Shown here in pieces: positions 50,189 through 62,999 of a stretch of DNA of 64,000 nt. Every line of letters starts with the position of its first letter. Within the stretch, counting starts at the first letter, position 1. A program made the position numbers and the translations under genes. The notes beneath the pieces are model-generated. The model ran no database searches and had not been told where the DNA came from. It was given only the letters and a program-made list of their open reading frames with translations. This DNA comes from Chrysemys picta bellii (taxonomy: Eukaryota), in contig NC_088800.1 in assembly GCF_011386835.1 (NCBI RefSeq), forward strand, positions 78,120,001-78,184,000, read 5' to 3'.

Positions 50189-50796
50189 TAGACTTGTCTT
50201 AAACCTCAGATTTATTCTTGAGGGAATATCATTACTTTAGTCAAAAGCCTGGGTTCATTATGTGTAGATATTTCCATGACTTTGGATGGTTGTTTCTTCC
50301 CAGTGTCACACTGGTCAGCTAGAATGACAATAGAAAAAAATGTTCCCCCATCAGGAATCATAGTTTTTCCAGCATTTCTTCTGGAAACACAGTCTTGGTA
50401 ACACAGTCTTGGTACATTTTGCTGCACAGGCGAGTCTCTGGGTCTTTTATGATTTGTAGAGAGACAAGCCTATAATCAGAGGTCAATAAAGGATATTTTA
50501 AAAGATAAAGGTGCATCAGTTCATGATGGATCCAGAAATCATCACTGCCGTTTGAACTGTTTTCTATATGACAAGCTATTTTACCTCTTGTCCTTTACAA
50601 CTTGTTATCCGAATTGAAGGATGTTAGTGTGAAGTCATTTTTTATGTTCAAGCATATCATTTCAAGTTATGGCCTCCCTCTCATAAATCCACTTGGGCTG
50701 TGTCTAATCAAGTTATGTTTTTAATGATATCCTCTAAAAATTCATTGATAGTGCCTTTCCCCACAAATGCTGGTAAGCCAACTGGTCTAACAGCAA

Positions 50797-51094
50797 CGGG
50801 GCCGCCCGGGGGGAGAGGGGGGGAAGTGGGGCAATTTGCCCCGGGCCCTGCAGGGGCCCCCACGAGAGTTTTTCGGGGCCCCTGGAGCGGGGTCCTTCAC
50901 TCGCTCCGGGGGCCCCAGAAAACTCTCATGGGGCCCGGGCCCCCGGAGCATCTTCCGCTCCGGGTCTTCGGCAGCAGTTCAGTGGCGGGGGGTCCTTCCG
51001 ACCCGGGACCCGCCGCCGAAGTGCCGGGTCTTTGGCGGTGGGGGCCCCCCGCCGCCAAAGACCCCAGGCCCCCTGAATCCTCTGGGCGGCCCTG
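50797..51094. mobile_element. GC-rich DNA-transposon MITE (probably hAT)
   Basis: C.GGGCCGCCC / GGGCGGCCCTG termini; flanks share only AGCAA; CpG-rich. Confidence 0.7.
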
Positions 51095-51254
51095 TCAAGC
51101 AAGGGGACCATTAGCCCCTGTTATTGAGTTCATTGACCATTAGCCTTTGTGGCACGCTGTGTCATCACAGCTCTCTCACAGGACTAACGCCCCCTTCTGT
51201 TGGTCTCTCTGGAATTGTGGTGGTTTCGCTGCCAGTTAACTCAGCCCTCTGGCT

Positions 51255-51942
51255 GAGTGAAATCTAGTCTCCCCCCATGAAATCTGGTCTTTTGTGTGCT
51301 TTTATCCTATACTATACAGATTTCACGGGGGAGACCAGCATTTCTCAAATTGGGGGTCCTGACCCAAATGGGAGTTGCAGGGGGGTTGCAAGGTTATTTT
51401 AGGGGGGTCACGGTATTGCCACTGTTACTTCCACGCTGCTTTCAGATCTGGGTGGCTGGAGAGCGGTGGCTATTGGCCAGGCACACAGCTCTGAAGGCAG
51501 CACTCCGCCAGCAGCAGCTCAGAAGTGAGGGTGGCGATACCATACTATGCCATACTTACTTCTGTGCTGCTGCCTTCAGAGCTGGGCTTTTGACTGAGGG
51601 CCCAGCTCTGCAGGTAGCAGTGCAGAAGTAAGGGTGGCAATACCATACCAGGCCATCCTTATTTCTGCGCTGCTGCTGCTGGTGGCTCTGCCACTCTCTA
51701 GCTGCCTAGCTCTGAAGGCAGCGCCGCCGCCAGCAGCAGTGCAGAAGTAAGGGTAGCAGTACCGCAATCCTCCCTACAATAACCTTGTGACCCCCACACA
51801 ACTCCTTTTTGGGTCAAGACCCCTACAATTACAACACTGTGAAATTTCAGATGTAAATAGCTGAAATCATGAAATTTATGATTTTTAAAAGCCTATGACC
51901 ATGAAATTGACCAAAATGGACCATGAATTTGGTAGGGCCCAA
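51255..51942. mobile_element. hAT element (TAGGGCCC TIR family), left end missing
   Basis: Homologous to 32942-33291; right TIR AATTTGGTAGGGCCC. Confidence 0.8.
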
Positions 51943-52399
51943 TCTATAATCAGGTTTGGCTTAGTCCCAGATTCCCCAGCTATGGGCAAACCACTCTGTT
52001 AAAGTCCCCAACAGATACTGCTTATTCCAGTTTCTCGAGAGAATCCTTTATCCCTCAGTAACATCTCATTGGACAGCCTGTACAACATATGAAAAGGTTT
52101 TGACATATTTTGATCTAGAGCATTTTAGGGTTTAGATCAGCTTGTTCCAACTGGAGTGTATATGTGGATTTTCACTCACTTCCTTTCTTCTAAAAATATG
52201 GCCAGATCTTGTCCTTCATCTCTTTGTGCATTGTGCCTTTCTCTCTCTTTGTGCACAGGGGGAGGGAGATGTTCATCCACCTCCTCTGCACTGTCTTTTC
52301 TGCTATTGGGGTCCAGAAATCTCACACATGGGCAGGAGAAGGGGGCTGCATTTAATTCCCCCACCAAGCCATTTGGGAATCTGAATAATAGTTAATGCT

Positions 52400-52966
52400 T
52401 CGTGGAGTTTTTGCCTTTACTTCTTGGCCCCTTCCTGCATGCTTTACCAGTCGTCAGGCATCGGGCAAAGGTGTGTGGAATAATGCTCCCGAGGAATAAG
52501 GCTCATTTTGAAACCTCAGCTGGTACTTCTTCTCTGAGACCTCCAACTGGTCCAAAATACCAGCCTTTACAGCCTCTGTGGCTACAACTTCATCCAGCAC
52601 ACGGTATGCTGCCTGTGCCCATCCCATTAGAAAAAGGGCCAAACAAATATCCCTGGATTCCTCCCAATAAGCTTCAGTAACTACCAACTCAAAAATGATC
52701 AGGTAGACAAGTGAGTCATCTTCCTATCCCAGTTTGGGCAGGGCTAGGCCTTAATTAAGGCCTGCTTTTGCGTTAATCATCCTGTGAAGCACCTGCTCCT
52801 GGAATTGTTAATATTGTTGCTATTGAGTTGTAGCCTGGGCTTATTGCTCCTTCATAAACTGGAGAACAACATGCTGCTGTTGCTTCCATGATTCCGTCAT
52901 CTATTTCAGGATCTTTCCATTTTCCATTCTTTGGACAGATGATGTTTCATACCACTTCTGGTACCA
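52400..52966 (-). mobile_element. Gypsy (Gmr1-like) LTR retrotransposon: PBS plus decayed gag
   Basis: Minus strand LPKLG*EDD..YL..FE.V.....W......LA.FLMG.AQAAYR.LD.......VKA.IL..L....KY..RF; PBS TGGTACCAGAAGTGGTAT at 52949-52966, 2 nt from a TGT LTR edge at 52969. Confidence 0.8.
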
Positions 52967-53562
52967 TCTGTAAGCAGGTAGAGTTCCTCCTGTATTCCAA
53001 ACAGAGTGTACAAACCCTGGATGTGATGAAAACTTAGTCCATTTGTGGGATTTTTCTTAACTAACAACAAAATACAAACCCCAGCCTAAGCTTTCTCTTG
53101 ATATTGGACATTTACAGGGTTTTTTCCTGCAAGATCCCCAGGGTTCTGCTCAGAGAGTCACTCCAAACATTGTTATATACTATATCTTATATCTTTTTAA
53201 TGGGTTCCTACCATCTGACATTAGGGTGATTTAGCAGAAGGGCTCCATGTCCCTTTGTAAATTCCTAAATCCTGGCCCCAGTTAAAATATGTAACAAATC
53301 TTTTTGTGGAATCATGTCTTTAATGGCTGAATTCATTTTGGAAGGCTATGCAGAAGAAATGTATCTAAGGGAAATCTGAATAAACTCTTGTCCCCAGTTT
53401 ATTTGGCAGAACCTGGTCAATGTAGTCAAATATTCTTTTTTTTCTTTGTTTGTAAAAAGAATCCCAAATTTTGCTGATTAAAGTTGCTTGTGGGCATCGT
53501 ATTACATGGTGAGATATCTCTGCTCCTGAGATACAAGATAGCAGAAGTCCATACAGTAATTT

Positions 53563-53755
53563 TAAAAAAGAACAGGAGTACTTGTGGCACCTTAGAGACT
53601 AACAAATTTATTAGAGCATAAGCTTTCGTGGACTACAAGAAGTGGGCTGTAGTCCACGAAAGCTTATGCTCTAATAAATTTGTTAGTCTCTAAGGTGCCA
53701 CAAGTACTCCTGTTCTTTTTACGGATACAGACTAACACGGCTGCTACTCTGAAAC
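53563..53755 (+). mobile_element. Penelope hairpin insertion
   Basis: Perfect inverted arms turning inside hammerhead stem II; 3' end CTACTCTGAAAC; about 9-bp TSD CAGTAATTT. Confidence 0.92.
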
Positions 53756-54135
53756 CAGTAATTTGAAAGTTGGTCTCTGGCTAGAAAATCTGCCTTGGAA
53801 TTGGCCCTCTTGAGCGTAAGTGCCAATGACATTTTTGAAATTATTCCTTTGGTTTTGTTAAATTAACACTTGAACATAGACACCCATGGACATTTACTCT
53901 GTCAGTCCAATTGTGGATTACTTTTAAGTAAAAGCGAAAAGCAGTTTTGAATATAAGCCTCTTGCATATGCTCAGACATGCATTTTAAAACAAAACCCCT
54001 TTCTGTCTCTGAGTGTTCTCATTAAAGGTATTCATTATCACATCTTGGAAACATTATACATTAGGATTTTTCAAATAGCCTTCAGAATCTAACCTTTTTT
54101 AACGTTTATCTGCCAAGTGTATTAATTAAGCAGTA

Positions 54136-54329
54136 TGTAACCCACCTATTGTGACACTCTGTCTCTCTCTAGTGGTGACTGGATTACATATAGAGGTTTA
54201 TGACATACTACAGCCTTGGCTTACAGAGCTGACTCTTTTTTTAGCTAAAGCAGTAGAGGCTCATGCTTAGAACAAGAGGTCCTAATTTCAATCCCCTACT
54301 GACAACCCACCCAGCTGTGTGGTGTTACA
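54136..54329. mobile_element. 194-bp solo-LTR-like element with internal tRNA-Ala-like segment
   Basis: TGTAAC...GTTACA termini; 4-bp TSD AGTA; tRNA-like stretch at 54242-54296. Confidence 0.7.
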
Positions 54330-56212
54330 AGTACATAGTATTCTATACCCGTGTTTGAATTTAAAAAAAATGTAATGCTTATATTTCAAAATAATCCAAG
54401 AAGTAAATATTTGAATGTACAGGGATTTTTTTTTTCATTTTACATTTACTTTGATCCTGGAAATCATAGTACTGAGAGACCATAATATTTTACTATTTGA
54501 GCATTTTAGTTATTGTTACCAATTTTGATTTCAAGGCAGGTGTCACAGGAAGAAACCAGTTATCAAACAGAAAATTTTAATAATAGATGTTCAAGCTCTA
54601 GTTGAGAAGTTCTGTTAGAAATGAACTACCTTTTCTCACTAACCAAAAAGTTTGTTGTACCTTAAGAAAAAAACAAACGGTGGGCCTTACTCTACCCTGT
54701 CTCTCACCTTGTGTCTCCATTTACACCTATGCAAATTGGATGTAAAATGCTACTATTCTGTTTTGGTGGCATTCAGTACCCTCTTTGCCCAGGTTTTAGT
54801 CATGGCACAAGGTACAAGATGGTGAAGAATCAGGCCTGCTTATTTTAAAGGTCCTCTCCCTGCCTTTCAAATATTGTGCATAGTTGATACATTACTGGAA
54901 TTCAATGACTGATCATTTGTTAGGCTTCTGTTTTCCAATTAAAGCTTATATCTAATGTCATTCTGCTATGAGTTACTGTAATTTTGAGTAATTTTCTGAA
55001 ACTCAAATTGAGATTAGCCATCTGGTCACTGGATTTTTTAACTCCCTGAGTTGTTTTAGTTTGTTTGTTTGTTTTTTCTTCAAACATTTGATTAAATGTT
55101 ACTATTAGGAAACCCATTTATCTGAAATTGAATGCCACTTCTTTGTGTATGTATGGTACTTGTTCTTTATCAGCAGTACTTAACTTTTTTAAAGTGGTTC
55201 TCTGCTTAAGAGGAACAATTGTTAGCATGACTGAATTCCACAGTTAGTGGTTATTTCCAGGTTGGTTTTCCAACAACATTTTTTAGTGAATGTCAAGGTT
55301 TTTTTTTTTTTTTTTTTTTTTTTTAATCCATTGACCTTTTTTAGGTTTTGTACTCTCCATTCTGCTGCCTGCTTACTTAAGGATTCACTGAGCAGTTTGC
55401 TTGAAGGCTGTTCTTTTTCCTAGCCACTGGCATGAAAATGCATCTGCCTGTCTGAGTGAGGCCTCTTTGATCTTCAGAGAGCTTTAACTAAAAGCAGATT
55501 AAAATGAAAGCTGTCAGGCAATTTTTTTCCTATGAAATTGGAAGTACTTCCTAAGATTTCATGTCAGGTGAGGCTTTCCCTTCTCAAGGAATTAAGATTT
55601 GGGAAAGTGATCAGACTGTTTTGACCAGCATTCTAAGATATATAAATGTGTGTGATGTACAGCTTTAGTACTGTGCCAAAAACCAATGCAGGGCATCATA
55701 TAATCATATGTTAGTTAAAACCCAGAGGGATAATGATCCTGCTAACCCCTGGATAAAGTAGTATTTAAAAACCTCATTAAGAGCCTAGAGTCCAATAAAG
55801 TAATTAAAACTGAATCTGTCTCTAAGTAGTCTGAATTTAATTCCTATACTAAGGTGCTGATTTGCAGATAAATCAAATCACTCCTTAAAGTACCTAATAG
55901 TTTGTTTGTTTATAGGATAAGAACTGCAAAAATTTACTCTGCAAATCTTACAGGATGTCTTGAAATCCACTGCAGCAATATGAAATATTCTTTTGCAAAT
56001 ACATGCCAAAAGTGGATTGAAGGAGCCTTAATTAAAAAACCCACATAATTCCATCTTTTTCTTTGTTTTTCTTTTGAACCTGTGTATTGGTAGTAAAATT
56101 ATATAGAATTTGCTCTACTGAATCAGACCATTGATCTGCCTATAGTAGTCAAACATTTTGCCTCCAGTAGTGGCCAATTCCTGGTTCTTCAGAGAGAAGC
56201 AAAAGACTCTTA

Positions 56213-56352
56213 GGGCTTGTCTACACTTACAGTGCTGCAGTGGCACATCTATACTGGTGCAGCTGGGCCGCTGTAGTGCTTAGTGAAGACATGATCTCCT
56301 TTCAGCATAGGTACTCCACCTCCCCGAGAAGCAGTACCTATTTCAACGGGAG
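56213..56352. mobile_element. Harbinger MITE fragment
   Basis: TTA|GGGCTTGTCTACAC left TIR; right end absent. Confidence 0.65.
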
Positions 56353-57839
56353 TGTTAATTCCAACTGGAATTTTAAGTTATTCTCCATAATTTTTACTGA
56401 CTAAAACAATTTAGCATCATCGGCAAATTTCACCAGATTGTTAACCATGAATTTCTATAAATCATGAAGTTAATTAAAACACTGGTTTCAATACGGCCCC
56501 TGGGGGTAAATACTCCACCACTCACCTTTCCACTTTGAGGAGAACAGTTAAGATTTTTCAAGGGGAAGTGATCTGTAAAACAGTAGTATTATAGTATTTT
56601 TCTTATGTCCCTTATTTCACTGTAAACTGGGGAAATTTGATTATTATTTTATTACACAATATAAAGAGTTTGTGTTACTTCTAGTACATGATAGTTTTTA
56701 TTGTCCTTAATTTTAATAATTAGCTAACAAAACTATTTTGATTTTTACATACAAGTGCTTATTAATTATTTTATCATGAGAAAAATGAGTGAGGTCCAAG
56801 TGTTCTATTAATGCATTTCAGTCTGGAAATTTTCTTATAATTGGCTTGGCAAGTGGAATGAGTGAGATTAGTTGCTAATGAGAAGATAAGTATAGTAATT
56901 TTTGCATGATATAAACCCGTGATTGTCAGTAGGTAGAAAAAGGAAGTTAGATTATTTTCCATGAGACCTTGCTGCTTTGTGAGAAATCATTAACATCTTC
57001 TGATATTGTAAAGTAGGTTATTTCACACCTGCATTTTTATAACTAACCACTAATGCTCCAGCCACAGATTCTGATGTTTTGCTAATTAGGGAGACATTAA
57101 TGAAGTAAGGGATATGAACAATCATTTATGGCTTGTTCTGGTAATCTAAACAAAAACCTAACTGCATAAATTTATCTTATACGTCCACCCTTTGGCAGGA
57201 TATTTGTGAAATGCATCAAGTGTCAACTTTTCACAAGCAACAGGTGTGACCTATATAGATTCAAAAGTCTTTCTAATGTTAAATTGCAAATAACTTGAGT
57301 CATTATATGAAATGATAGATTAATGGCTTGTTGAAATCCAGGGGCTCCTGTAAGCCAGGATTTTGCATTTATGCTCTGGTTCATTTTACTTGAATTATTT
57401 ACGTAGCTAGTTTCTGCTAGGTAACTACTGTGTGTTATTATTTTGAGCTTCTACTGATTGTTCACAGATTTCAACATAGTTAAGTTTCTATGTGAACAAA
57501 ATGAGGCACTTCTCATCTCCTGTTTCAAATTCAAGTTTATTGTCCTCATCCTCAAGGGCCTTCAAAATCCCTGACCCTGCCTAACTCTCAGCTTTCATCT
57601 TCTCCTCCTGTCTTTCCCACTGTTCTCTCTACTCAAACCACCCTATTTATTGCTTCTTAATGATTTCTGTATCAAATTTCCTTAATTTGCAAGTAAAAAT
57701 AGTTTGTTATCTAATTAGCAGCCCTGAGATATAAGAGTCAAGCTAGCATTTTTGCTTCTTATTCATCACCACCAGTAATGAAGTCTTTACAGACCAACTC
57801 GTACCCTCGTTGAGACCTGTGCAACCCAACTGACATCAG

Positions 57840-58002
57840 GGGGTAGCCGTGTTAGTCTGTATCTACAAAAACAACAAAGAGTCTGGTGGCACCTTAAAGA
57901 CTAACAGATTTATTTGGGCATAAGCTTTCGTGAGTAAAAACCTCACTTCTTCGCATGCATCCGAAGAAGTGAGGTTTTTACTCACGAAAGCTTATGCCTA
58001 AA
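57840..58002 (-). mobile_element. Penelope pLTR insertion with short inverted arm
   Basis: pLTR plus 45-bp inverted copy turning on ATGCAT; 14-bp TSD CCAACTGACATCAG (57826-57839, 58003-58016). Confidence 0.92.
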
Positions 58003-58089
58003 CCAACTGACATCAGTGTATTTGCATATATTTAACTGAATAGAACATAGCAAACAATTCTGTTAATGCACAAGAAGGAATGGAATCCA

Positions 58090-58587
58090 GGTCATTGTTG
58101 CAGCTTGGGGCAGTCCGGGCTCGAGGCTGCACGGGCTCCAGGCTTCAGCCCCTGCGGGTCCTGCAGGGGCTCAGAGTGACCCAGTAGGGGCTTCTTTCAG
58201 GGCTGGGGCACCCATTTTTCCTGGGGGCCCCCAAATTGGCCAGGGTCACCTGCCTTAATCTGTCCCTGGCGTGAACTCCCAGCAGCATAGAGGAGATCCT
58301 ACCCACCTCCATCTCCAGGGGAACCTCCTCTAACTGCAGGAAGATGGGAGGGTGTTGCCTTCAGAGCCCAGCTCTGAAAGCAGCACAAAATTGAGGGTGG
58401 CAATCTGGGGACCTCCCTACAAAAACTTTGCAACACCTTCCCATAATCCCATTTTGGCTTAGGATCCCTATGGTTACAACACCATGAAATTTCAGATGTA
58501 AACATCTGAAATTGTGAAATTGACCAATTAAAAAACCCTCTGGCCATGAAATTGACCAGAAAGGCCCATGAATTTGGTAGGACCCTA
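58090..58587. mobile_element. Two adjacent DNA-transposon fragments (..TTAATCTGTCCCTG end at 58268; TAGGG-family right end at 58587)
   Basis: Second part homologous to 51700-51942; left ends not found. Confidence 0.6.
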
Positions 58588-59369
58588 ATTATGTATTAGT
58601 CTGAGATATGGTGAGGATATGAAGGTTTTAATAGATACGAACATCTGAAAGAGGGACCTTTTTTGCCCCAAAGCCTGTGAATTATATCTGTTTCTTGGCC
58701 AATAGATGCTACTACTTTATCTATGTTGTCCAGAGCTACTCAGGAACAAATTTGATAAAGAACTGAAAAACAACATTTTAGAAGTCTTAACTAGGCATTC
58801 TATCATTTTGGGGTTTTAGTTATTGTAAAAAGTAACAGGATATTTTTCATGAATTCATAAAACTAGGAAAAATTCTAAGAAAAAAGGTAGGATTATTTTT
58901 TAAAGCAAAGCAATATCAAAGATTTGCCACCTTTGCAAGCTTCTGAAAACACAGAAGCAATGTTAAATTACTAGTCTCAAAATTACACCAGTTAATTATT
59001 CCAGAGCTAAAGTGCTAAATAAAAAAGTAAAGTAAAAAGTTTTCTTAGAGGAATGCTCTTGGAAGAAAGTTATGATTAGATAAAAAATCTTGCACCAGGG
59101 CATGTTATGAAATGTATGAAGCATTCAAAAGTTAATACACTTGTAGAGCTAATTCCTGGATTTAAAAAAAACACCTTACTGTTATTTCTTGTTTCTGATC
59201 AGGAATGATACACTGTCAGTTGCCTTCTAGCTGGAATTATTTAGATGTTTAAGTTTAGATTCCAAATAACTGAAATCTTTCTTCACTGAAATAACCACAA
59301 GTGTAGTGTATTCTTGTCAGTAGCCATTTGATCCTATAGCTCTAGGTTTCTTTAGCAAGTAGGCAGATA

Positions 59370-59541
59370 CACCTCTACCCCGATATAACGCTGTCCTCGG
59401 GAGCCAAAAAATCTTACTGTGTTGTAGGTGAAACTGCATTATATCGAACTTGCTTTGATCCATCAGAGTGCGCAGCCCCGCCCCCCGAAGCACTGCTTTA
59501 CCGTGTTATATCCGAATTCGTGTTATATCGGGGTAGAGGTG
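59370..59541. mobile_element. Tc1/mariner (Tigger-like) MITE
   Basis: TIR CACCTCTACCCCGATATAAC / GTTATATCGGGGTAGAGGTG; TA TSD. Confidence 0.92.
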
Positions 59542-60717
59542 TAGTTTAACATGAATGATGGGTTATGAAATTTCTTTTATAGGGAGTAGACATATTTTAG
59601 GTTAATAGTTCTTATAACTGATGCCAATTAAAGGAAAGAAAATGAATTATTTTTCTCTTGATAGCTCTCCTTGAATAGCTGTCTCCCTGGGATGGTGGAG
59701 AGATGTTTGCTAGCCAGGCCTACTAATCTGTGATATCATACCTAGTATGAAAGGAATTGGCATGTCAAAAGTATTTTTTTGTCTCTAGTGCTAGAGTAAA
59801 GAACTTCTTCTGCCATCTCTCAACTAAGCCTCCCAAGTACTGTTCACAAACTCCAAGCAGAAAGATAAACCAGCTCAGAACTTCCTCTACTGATCCAAGA
59901 CCCATCATGTTAAAGCACATAAGAGAAAGGAGTGGTTTCTCAAACAGCCAGAACCCAAACTTTTGAGGGCCAGTCTTTGAAGAAATAGTTTAATATGTTC
60001 TTGGAAGTTTGAGTCAGAAACTTCCAAGTGATTTTTAAGGCTAACCCTATGTGTACAGCATATTGCAGAAATCCACTCCTAAAGTAACAAAAGCATGAAT
60101 AATTATGGTAAGGTGAATATCAGAGAGAATAGGTGATGATCAGTTATCAGAAGTAGACAAAAAAGCAGCATAGGCCATCAAGGCTATGTGGCAATCCAGG
60201 AGTCATTATGACGCATAAAGTACCTCTAAATTACTAATCTCATGGATAAATTATGGGGGAGTTCATTCAGTAACATTAGAAGACCTCCCCACCAGTGTGT
60301 CCTACTTTATGATCTAGAGCAGATGCTTTTGCCAGCTTACCAGTGTCACCTTCAAATTGTCTGGCTTAAGCTCAAGCCTTCCTACTTGTCCCCCTATTTT
60401 TTTCTGGCATTCCTAGATCCCACCTTTTTTCACAAGAAGGTTGTTCAGTATATCCAGCTGTGCTGAAGTACCATTCATGATGAGAATAAAGGATTGATGG
60501 TTATTCACTCTGAAGATGTCCTTGTTCTCTTTTGGGTACTGCTCCTTCTGAATACATTGAACATCTCACACATCTCCATTAGCTAAAATATAAACTTTCT
60601 TTTGTACATTCTGAAAAAAAATACCGAACTAATACTAAGCCTCTTCCCTTTGTACCTATAGCATGAAGAATTAACCTTTTTCTCAGTCTTCCTCCTGAAT
60701 CTTTCAGTGATGTAGAG

Positions 60718-61167
60718 CAGTGGTGCCCATACTTTTCCTGTTGGACCCCCCTTACCAGTAATGGAATCTGTCTGCACACACCCCCCCCCCCACCCATTAC
60801 TGCACAGTTGGCTGAACAGAGAGGCTTGGGCTGACGGCAGAGCTAGGACCAGAACTGGGGATGGGGGAGAAGCTGGGGTTAGAGCTGGGCTGGTGGCAGA
60901 GTGGGAATGAAGGCAGAACTGGGCTTGGGGCAGAGCAGGGGGCAGAGTGAGTCTGGAGCTGGGCTGGGGGTAGTGCAGGGGGCAAAGTGGAGCTATGGCT
61001 TGGGGTGGAGAAGAGTTGCGGCTGGGGCCAGAGCTGGGCTGGGGGCAGAGCGGGTCTGGGTGGCGCTCCCGCCCCCTGTGGGGGCTGGCCTGTGCCCTGC
61101 TGCACACGCCCCCAAATGTTCCTCTGTGTCCCCCTACGGAGGCATGCCCCACAGTTTGGGGACCATA
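60718..61167. mobile_element. hAT MITE with G-rich body
   Basis: CAGTGGT start, AGTTTGGGGACCA end; TSD ATGTAGAG/ATGTAGAA. Confidence 0.8.
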
Positions 61168-61308
61168 ATGTAGAAGGAAAGGATAAAGAAACAAATCTCA
61201 ATTTCCCTATGGGGCCGTATTCAACTCTAGAAGTCCTGTTATGGATAATAGCAATTAAGCATGTGAAACAGTTTAAACATTTCTTCAGAACTTGTCTCAG
61301 TCTGGAGT

Positions 61309-62885
61309 ACATAAGAATGGCCATACTGGGTCAGACCAATGGTTCATCTAGCCCAGTATTTTCACAGAACTATCCACAATGACTCCAAGATCTTGCTTCA
61401 ATGGGAACAGCTTATTTAGACCCCATCATTTTCTATGTATAGGTAGGATTGAATTTCATTTGCCATTTTGTTACCCAGTTTTGTGAGATCTCTCAGTAAC
61501 TCTTTGCAGTCTGCTTTGGACTTAAATATCTTGAGTAATTTTGTATTGTCTGAACATTTTGCCACCTCACTGTTTACTCCTTTTTCCAGATCATTTATGA
61601 ATATGTTGAATAGCAGTGATCCAAATATAGATCCTTGGGGGACCCTACTATTTACTTTTCTCCACAGTGAATACTGGCTGCTTATTTCTTCTTGTTCCTC
61701 TCCTTTAACCAGTTACTGGTCTGTGAGAAGACCTTCCCTCTTATCCCATGACTCCTTACTTTGCTTTAGAGCCTTTTTTGAGGGACCTTGTCAAAGGCTT
61801 TCTGAAAGTCAAAGTACACTATATCCACTAGATCACCCTTGTCCACGTTTGTTGACCTCCTCAAAGAACTGCAATAGATTGGTAAGGCATGATTTCCCTT
61901 TACAAAAGCTGTGTTGACTCTTCCCCAAAAATATCATGTTCATCTATGTGTCTGATAATTCTGTTCTTTGCTATAGTTTCAAACAGCTTGCTTGGTACCA
62001 AAGTTAGGCTTGTAACTTTGGCCTGTAATTAACAGGATTGCTTCTGGAATTTTTTAAAAATTTTGATGTTACATTAGCTATCCTCTAGTCATCTGGTACA
62101 GAGGCTGATTTAAGTGATAGGTTACATACCATAGTTAGCAGTTCCACAATTTCATATTTGAGTTCCTTCAGAACTCGCAGGCGAATACCATCTGGTACTG
62201 GTGACTTATTACTGTTTAATTGATCAGTTTGTTCCAAAAGCTCTTTTACTGACACCTCAATGTGGGAGAGTTCCTCAGATTTGTCACCTAAAAAGAATGG
62301 CTCGGGTATGGAAATCTCTCTCACATACTCTGCAGTGAAGACTAATGCAAAGAATTCATTTAGCTTCTCCACTACAGCATTGTCTGTCTTGAGTGTTCCT
62401 TTAGCATCTCTATCATCCAGTGGCCCCACTGATTGTTTGGCAGGCTTCCTGCTTCTGATGTACTTAAAAAATGTTGGTGGTTAGTGTTTGTGTCTTTAGC
62501 TAGCTGCTCTTCAAAGTCTTTTTTTGCCTGCCTAATTATACTTTTACACTTTACTTGCCAGAGTTTATGTCCTTTTGTTTTCCTCAGTAGAATTTTACTT
62601 CCAATTATTAAAGGGTGTCTTTTTGTCTCTAATCATCTCCTTTTCTCTATTTAGACATGGTGATGTTTTTTGGTCCTCTGTTTTTTTATTTGGGGTATAC
62701 ATGTAGTTTGAACCTCTATTATGATGATTTTAAAATGTTTCTGTGCAGTTTGCATGCATTTCATTCTTGTGACTGTTCCTTTTAATTTCTCTTTAACTAG
62801 CCTCCTCATTTTTGTGTAGTTCCCCTTTTTGAAGTTAAATGATGATGTGGTGGGTTTCCTTGGTATTTTCCCCCCACAAGGATAT
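61309..62885 (-). mobile_element. CR1 LINE fragment (ORF2 linker and RT), internally deleted
   Basis: EKLNEFFA.VFT, NKSP.PDGI..RVLKELK.EI motifs; 3' UTR tip ACATAAGAATGGCCATACTGGGTCAGACC fused directly to RT sequence at about 61360. Confidence 0.92.
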
Positions 62886-62999
62886 TATGTTTACTAATTT
62901 TTAAATTTATGTTACTACCTTTTCATAAATGTCTTTTTAATACATTGAATTTTTGTAGCACTTTATATCTTCAAAGCATTATTCAAACATAAACTAATG

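Noticed and set aside
50700-51143. CpG-island-like GC-rich segment with ORFs
   Set aside because: Bounded by MITE terminal repeats; a young transposon, not a promoter.
54242-54296. Functional tRNA-Ala gene
   Set aside because: No acceptor stem, degenerate T-loop and embedded in a repeat; reported only as a tRNA-derived module.
37414-58016. Recurrent identical repeats that could be mistaken for CRISPR-like or satellite arrays
   Set aside because: They are dispersed Penelope pLTR copies kilobases apart; there is no repeat-spacer array and this is eukaryotic DNA.
60583-61382. Overlapping 130-200 aa Pro/Ala/Gly-rich ORFs
   Set aside because: They arise from the GC-rich low-complexity body of a hAT MITE, which has few stop codons.
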